From contig CBFIDD010000002.1 of the NCBI GenBank assembly GCA_965661285.1, forward strand, positions 288,001 to 352,000: a stretch of 64,000 bases of DNA. The letters run 5' to 3'. The notes below the pieces were generated by a model that saw only the letters and a program-made list of their open reading frames with translations, made no database searches and was not told the DNA's origin. A program made the position numbers and the translations under genes. Positions 61,219-64,000 of this stretch are shown in pieces. Each line of letters begins with the position of its first letter. Positions within the stretch are counted from its first letter, which is position 1. Source of the stretch: Poseidonia sp. Lineage in GTDB: Archaea > Thermoplasmatota > Poseidoniia > Poseidoniales > Poseidoniaceae.

Positions 61219-64000
61219 ATGCGAGTGAATCGTGTTACTCTAGCGGCGACCCTGACGGCCCTGCTCTTGTCCAGCCTTCTGCTGAGTGCAGCCGTCAACC
61301 CCGCTCAAGAACAACCGCTATTGGATGGAGAAGAACACATCGTCCACACCTCAGCACGGTCGACCTCAGCCGAAGTGTTCCTCTCGAGCGGAGGTTCAAC
61401 CACACACGACGAATTTTCAGGAGCCATCGCTGCATCCGACAACGGCTACGTGGTCGCAGGTGACGTGAATTCATCAGCGTCAACCCTCACCTTTGGCCCA
61501 CATTCCTACACACCAACCTCTCCATACAGCAACGGCAACGATTTCTTCGTGGCTTCGTTGAACAACAACGGGGGATGGAATTACCTCGTCGGCGCCGACC
61601 ACACCCAAGGTGGCGTTTCGTTCATGTCGGATGTGACCTCGCACGCCGGGAATGCCATCGTGGCCGGTTACATGTACGGGCCGGTTGATTTTGGGCCAAC
61701 GACCCTCTCTTCAGCCGTGCAGTTTGACGCCTTTGTGGCCCAGACCGATGCCGCAGGAAATTGGATGTGGGCCAAAGGGTTCCAAACCCTCCCGAACTCA
61801 TCCACCGACTCGAGCATACCGCAAGCCATCACCGTTGACCAGGTAGGCGACGTGATCGTCGCAGGATATTTCTCCGGTGAAACTGACTTTGGCGGCACCA
61901 CCATCAACGTCTCAAATCCCGAAGTGTTCATCGCGAAATTGGACGGAGCGAACGGCGCTCTCAAGTGGGTCGTCAGTGGAGGAGGCATCGGTACGCAGCA
62001 GGTCACGGATGTCGTGGTGGATCCAAGTGGAACGATTCATGTTTCGGGCGTAACGCAAAACAACATACGTTTTGGAACACAAAGTTACAACACCATCGGA
62101 ACAACTGATTCGTTTATTGTCAGGGTTTCAAATTCGGGCGCAATCCTCGGCATCAGCGGCTATGGCATCCCCAACCAGGCTGTATCACTTACCAACATGG
62201 CCGTGGACAAGAATGCTGATCTCTACATCGGCGGCTCGTTTGAAGGTACAATGGCGAAAAACGGATGGTCCATCACCGCCAATAAAGGTGGTTCGGATTT
62301 ATTTTTCATCAAGGAAGGAGCTACCCCAAACAATCAGTGGGCCGTTATCGGTGGCACCAACGCAGCCGACAGCTTGCGAGGTATGGAGGTCACATCGAAA
62401 GGCGAGCTTGTCTTCACCACGTTTTTCATCAGTTCGACCTTTACCGGCGGCACCAAAGGAGCGACGCCTACCAGCAGTAGTTGGTACAATAATCAAGCCA
62501 TTGATGCTCTGATGGGTGGATTGACAAATACAGGTGGTTGGTCCTGGCTGGATGTTACGTCCAGCAACGCTCTCGAGCTTGGATGGGGATTAGCCTTGAA
62601 TTCCAGCGATATTGCCACCGTCGTAGGCTCCTACGCAGGACCATCAGGTAGCGATACCATCACGAAAGGCAGCACAAGCGTCACCACGACGGGGGGTTGG
62701 GATAACTTTGTTTGGGCATTGGATCCGAGCATGAAAGCTGACAGCGACAACGACGGCGTGCCAGACGTGAACGATAACTGCCCCAGCGATGTCAACCCGC
62801 TTCAGGAAAACACCGACGGGGACGCACAGGGTGATGCATGCGATTCGGATGATGACAACGATGGCATCACGGACAATTCTCCGGACAACTGCCCCAGAGG
62901 TGGAGCGGCGAATTGGGGCTCCACACAGAACTTTAACGACCCGGCCAACTCCACCGATTGGGACCGAGATGGATGCAAGGACGATGTCGAAGACGCAGAC
63001 ATGGACAACGACGGCGTGGAAAACGATGTTGACCTTTGCCCACGCACGTCCTACCAACCGCCTCGCCCGACCTGGGTTTCTGATGAAATTACGGATGTTG
63101 ACAGTGATGGTTGCCGAGATGCGGACGAGGATACCGATGATGACGGCGACGGATTTGAGGACGTCAGCGATGACTGCCCAACGGTGATTGGTAACTCAAC
63201 CCTCGGTGAGGAAGGGTGCGTTGACAACGACGGCGATGGTTGGTCAAACAATTTCGATGACTGTCCTAACGATTTCGGCAACTCAACGCTGGGCGGCAAG
63301 AACGCCTGCCCCGACATGGACGGCGATGGTTGGGCCGACGTTGACGACGCCTTTATCGAAGACCCAACACAATGGTCGGACGCTGACGGCGACGGCTACG
63401 GCGACAATCCCGAAGGAACCACGCCGGACGATTGCCCGGCGGCGGTTGGCACCTCGGTTTTGGACCGCCTCGGCTGTTTGGACACCGACGGCGATGGGTA
63501 TTCTGACCCCGATAGCATGTGGGACGCAGAATCCGGCGCTGACGCCTTTATCGAGGACACAACGCAATGGTCCGACTTCGACGGCGACGGCTACGGCGAC
63601 AACTATGCGAACGATACATGGACGGACCGCAACCCGTCTTGGCCCGGCGAATATCGAGACGATGTCGTGCTCCAAGACGCCTGCCCCACGCAAGAGGGCA
63701 CATCGTGGCAAAACGGCATGATCGGTTGCCCGGACCAAGACGGTGATGGATGGTACAACCTCCAAGACGCCTTCCCAAACGACGCCACACAGTGGTCTGA
63801 CGGTGACGGTGACGGCTACGGCGACAACGCTTCTGGAAACGATGCCGACCAGTGTCCAGACATCGCTGGCACCTCCACCACCGACCGGTTGGGTTGTGTT
63901 GATAGCGATGATGACGGATATTCTGACCCCGACATCACATGGACACCGGCTCAAGGTGCTGACGCCTTCATGGCCGACCCTACGCAGTGGGCTGACCAGG
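61219..64000 (+). CDS. Large secreted protein with beta-propeller-like N-terminal region and thrombospondin type 3 repeats (runs off the window end)
   Basis: Manual translation from ATG 61219: MRVNRVTLAATLTALLLSSLLL...; DFFVASL/DAFVAQ/W..G repeats, then DSDNDGVPDVNDNCP and DAF.DPTQWSDADGDGYGDN repeats. Confidence 0.85.
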   Translation, partial: MRVNRVTLAATLTALLLSSLLLSAAVNPAQEQPLLDGEEHIVHTSARSTSAEVFLSSGGSTTHDEFSGAIAASDNGYVVAGDVNSSASTLTFGPHSYTPTSPYSNGNDFFVASLNNNGGWNYLVGADHTQGGVSFMSDVTSHAGNAIVAGYMYGPVDFGPTTLSSAVQFDAFVAQTDAAGNWMWAKGFQTLPNSSTDSSIPQAITVDQVGDVIVAGYFSGETDFGGTTINVSNPEVFIAKLDGANGALKWVVSGGGIGTQQVTDVVVDPSGTIHVSGVTQNNIRFGTQSYNTIGTTDSFIVRVSNSGAILGISGYGIPNQAVSLTNMAVDKNADLYIGGSFEGTMAKNGWSITANKGGSDLFFIKEGATPNNQWAVIGGTNAADSLRGMEVTSKGELVFTTFFISSTFTGGTKGATPTSSSWYNNQAIDALMGGLTNTGGWSWLDVTSSNALELGWGLALNSSDIATVVGSYAGPSGSDTITKGSTSVTTTGGWDNFVWALDPSMKADSDNDGVPDVNDNCPSDVNPLQENTDGDAQGDACDSDDDNDGITDNSPDNCPRGGAANWGSTQNFNDPANSTDWDRDGCKDDVEDADMDNDGVENDVDLCPRTSYQPPRPTWVSDEITDVDSDGCRDADEDTDDDGDGFEDVSDDCPTVIGNSTLGEEGCVDNDGDGWSNNFDDCPNDFGNSTLGGKNACPDMDGDGWADVDDAFIEDPTQWSDADGDGYGDNPEGTTPDDCPAAVGTSVLDRLGCLDTDGDGYSDPDSMWDAESGADAFIEDTTQWSDFDGDGYGDNYANDTWTDRNPSWPGEYRDDVVLQDACPTQEGTSWQNGMIGCPDQDGDGWYNLQDAFPNDATQWSDGDGDGYGDNASGNDADQCPDIAGTSTTDRLGCVDSDDDGYSDPDITWTPAQGADAFMADPTQWADQ

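Overview
This is an archaeal chromosomal segment. It carries an archaeal RNA polymerase operon (rpoH-rpoB-rpoA1-rpoA2-rpl30e) with unsplit RpoB, plus eS1, PurP, Pop5 and TrpRS. The gene mix of large secreted thrombospondin-type-3 (DxDxDG) repeat proteins and bacterial-type thyA/folA, plsC and gshA points to Marine Group II Euryarchaeota (Ca. Poseidoniales); this assignment is an inference. Most of the window is housekeeping: folate/nucleotide metabolism, PLP synthesis, propionyl-/methylmalonyl-CoA genes and tRNA-Lys(TTT). Five features stand out. (1) An AT-richer three-gene island at about 37.0-40.3 kb (AspBHI/Mrr-like restriction endonuclease, TetR, SDR) is bracketed by 104-bp imperfect inverted repeats; each gene is followed at its 3' end by a member of a TCAGAGGG/CCCTCTGA palindrome family, and no transposase or integrase is present. 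(2) A b6f-type Rieske/cytochrome b operon has its subunit IV fused to an HdrD-like [4Fe-4S]/CCG module and includes a CxCH-motif extracellular protein but no canonical cytochrome c. (3) The same extra N-terminal domain of about 42 aa is found on both RpoH and RpoA''. (4) A 30-bp promoter/leader element is shared by eS1 and a coiled-coil gene at identical distance from the ATG. (5) Other fusions or couplings are eS1-SAP, HemK-biotin ligase and AsnB-GshA. All calls come from reading motifs by eye; no database searches were run.
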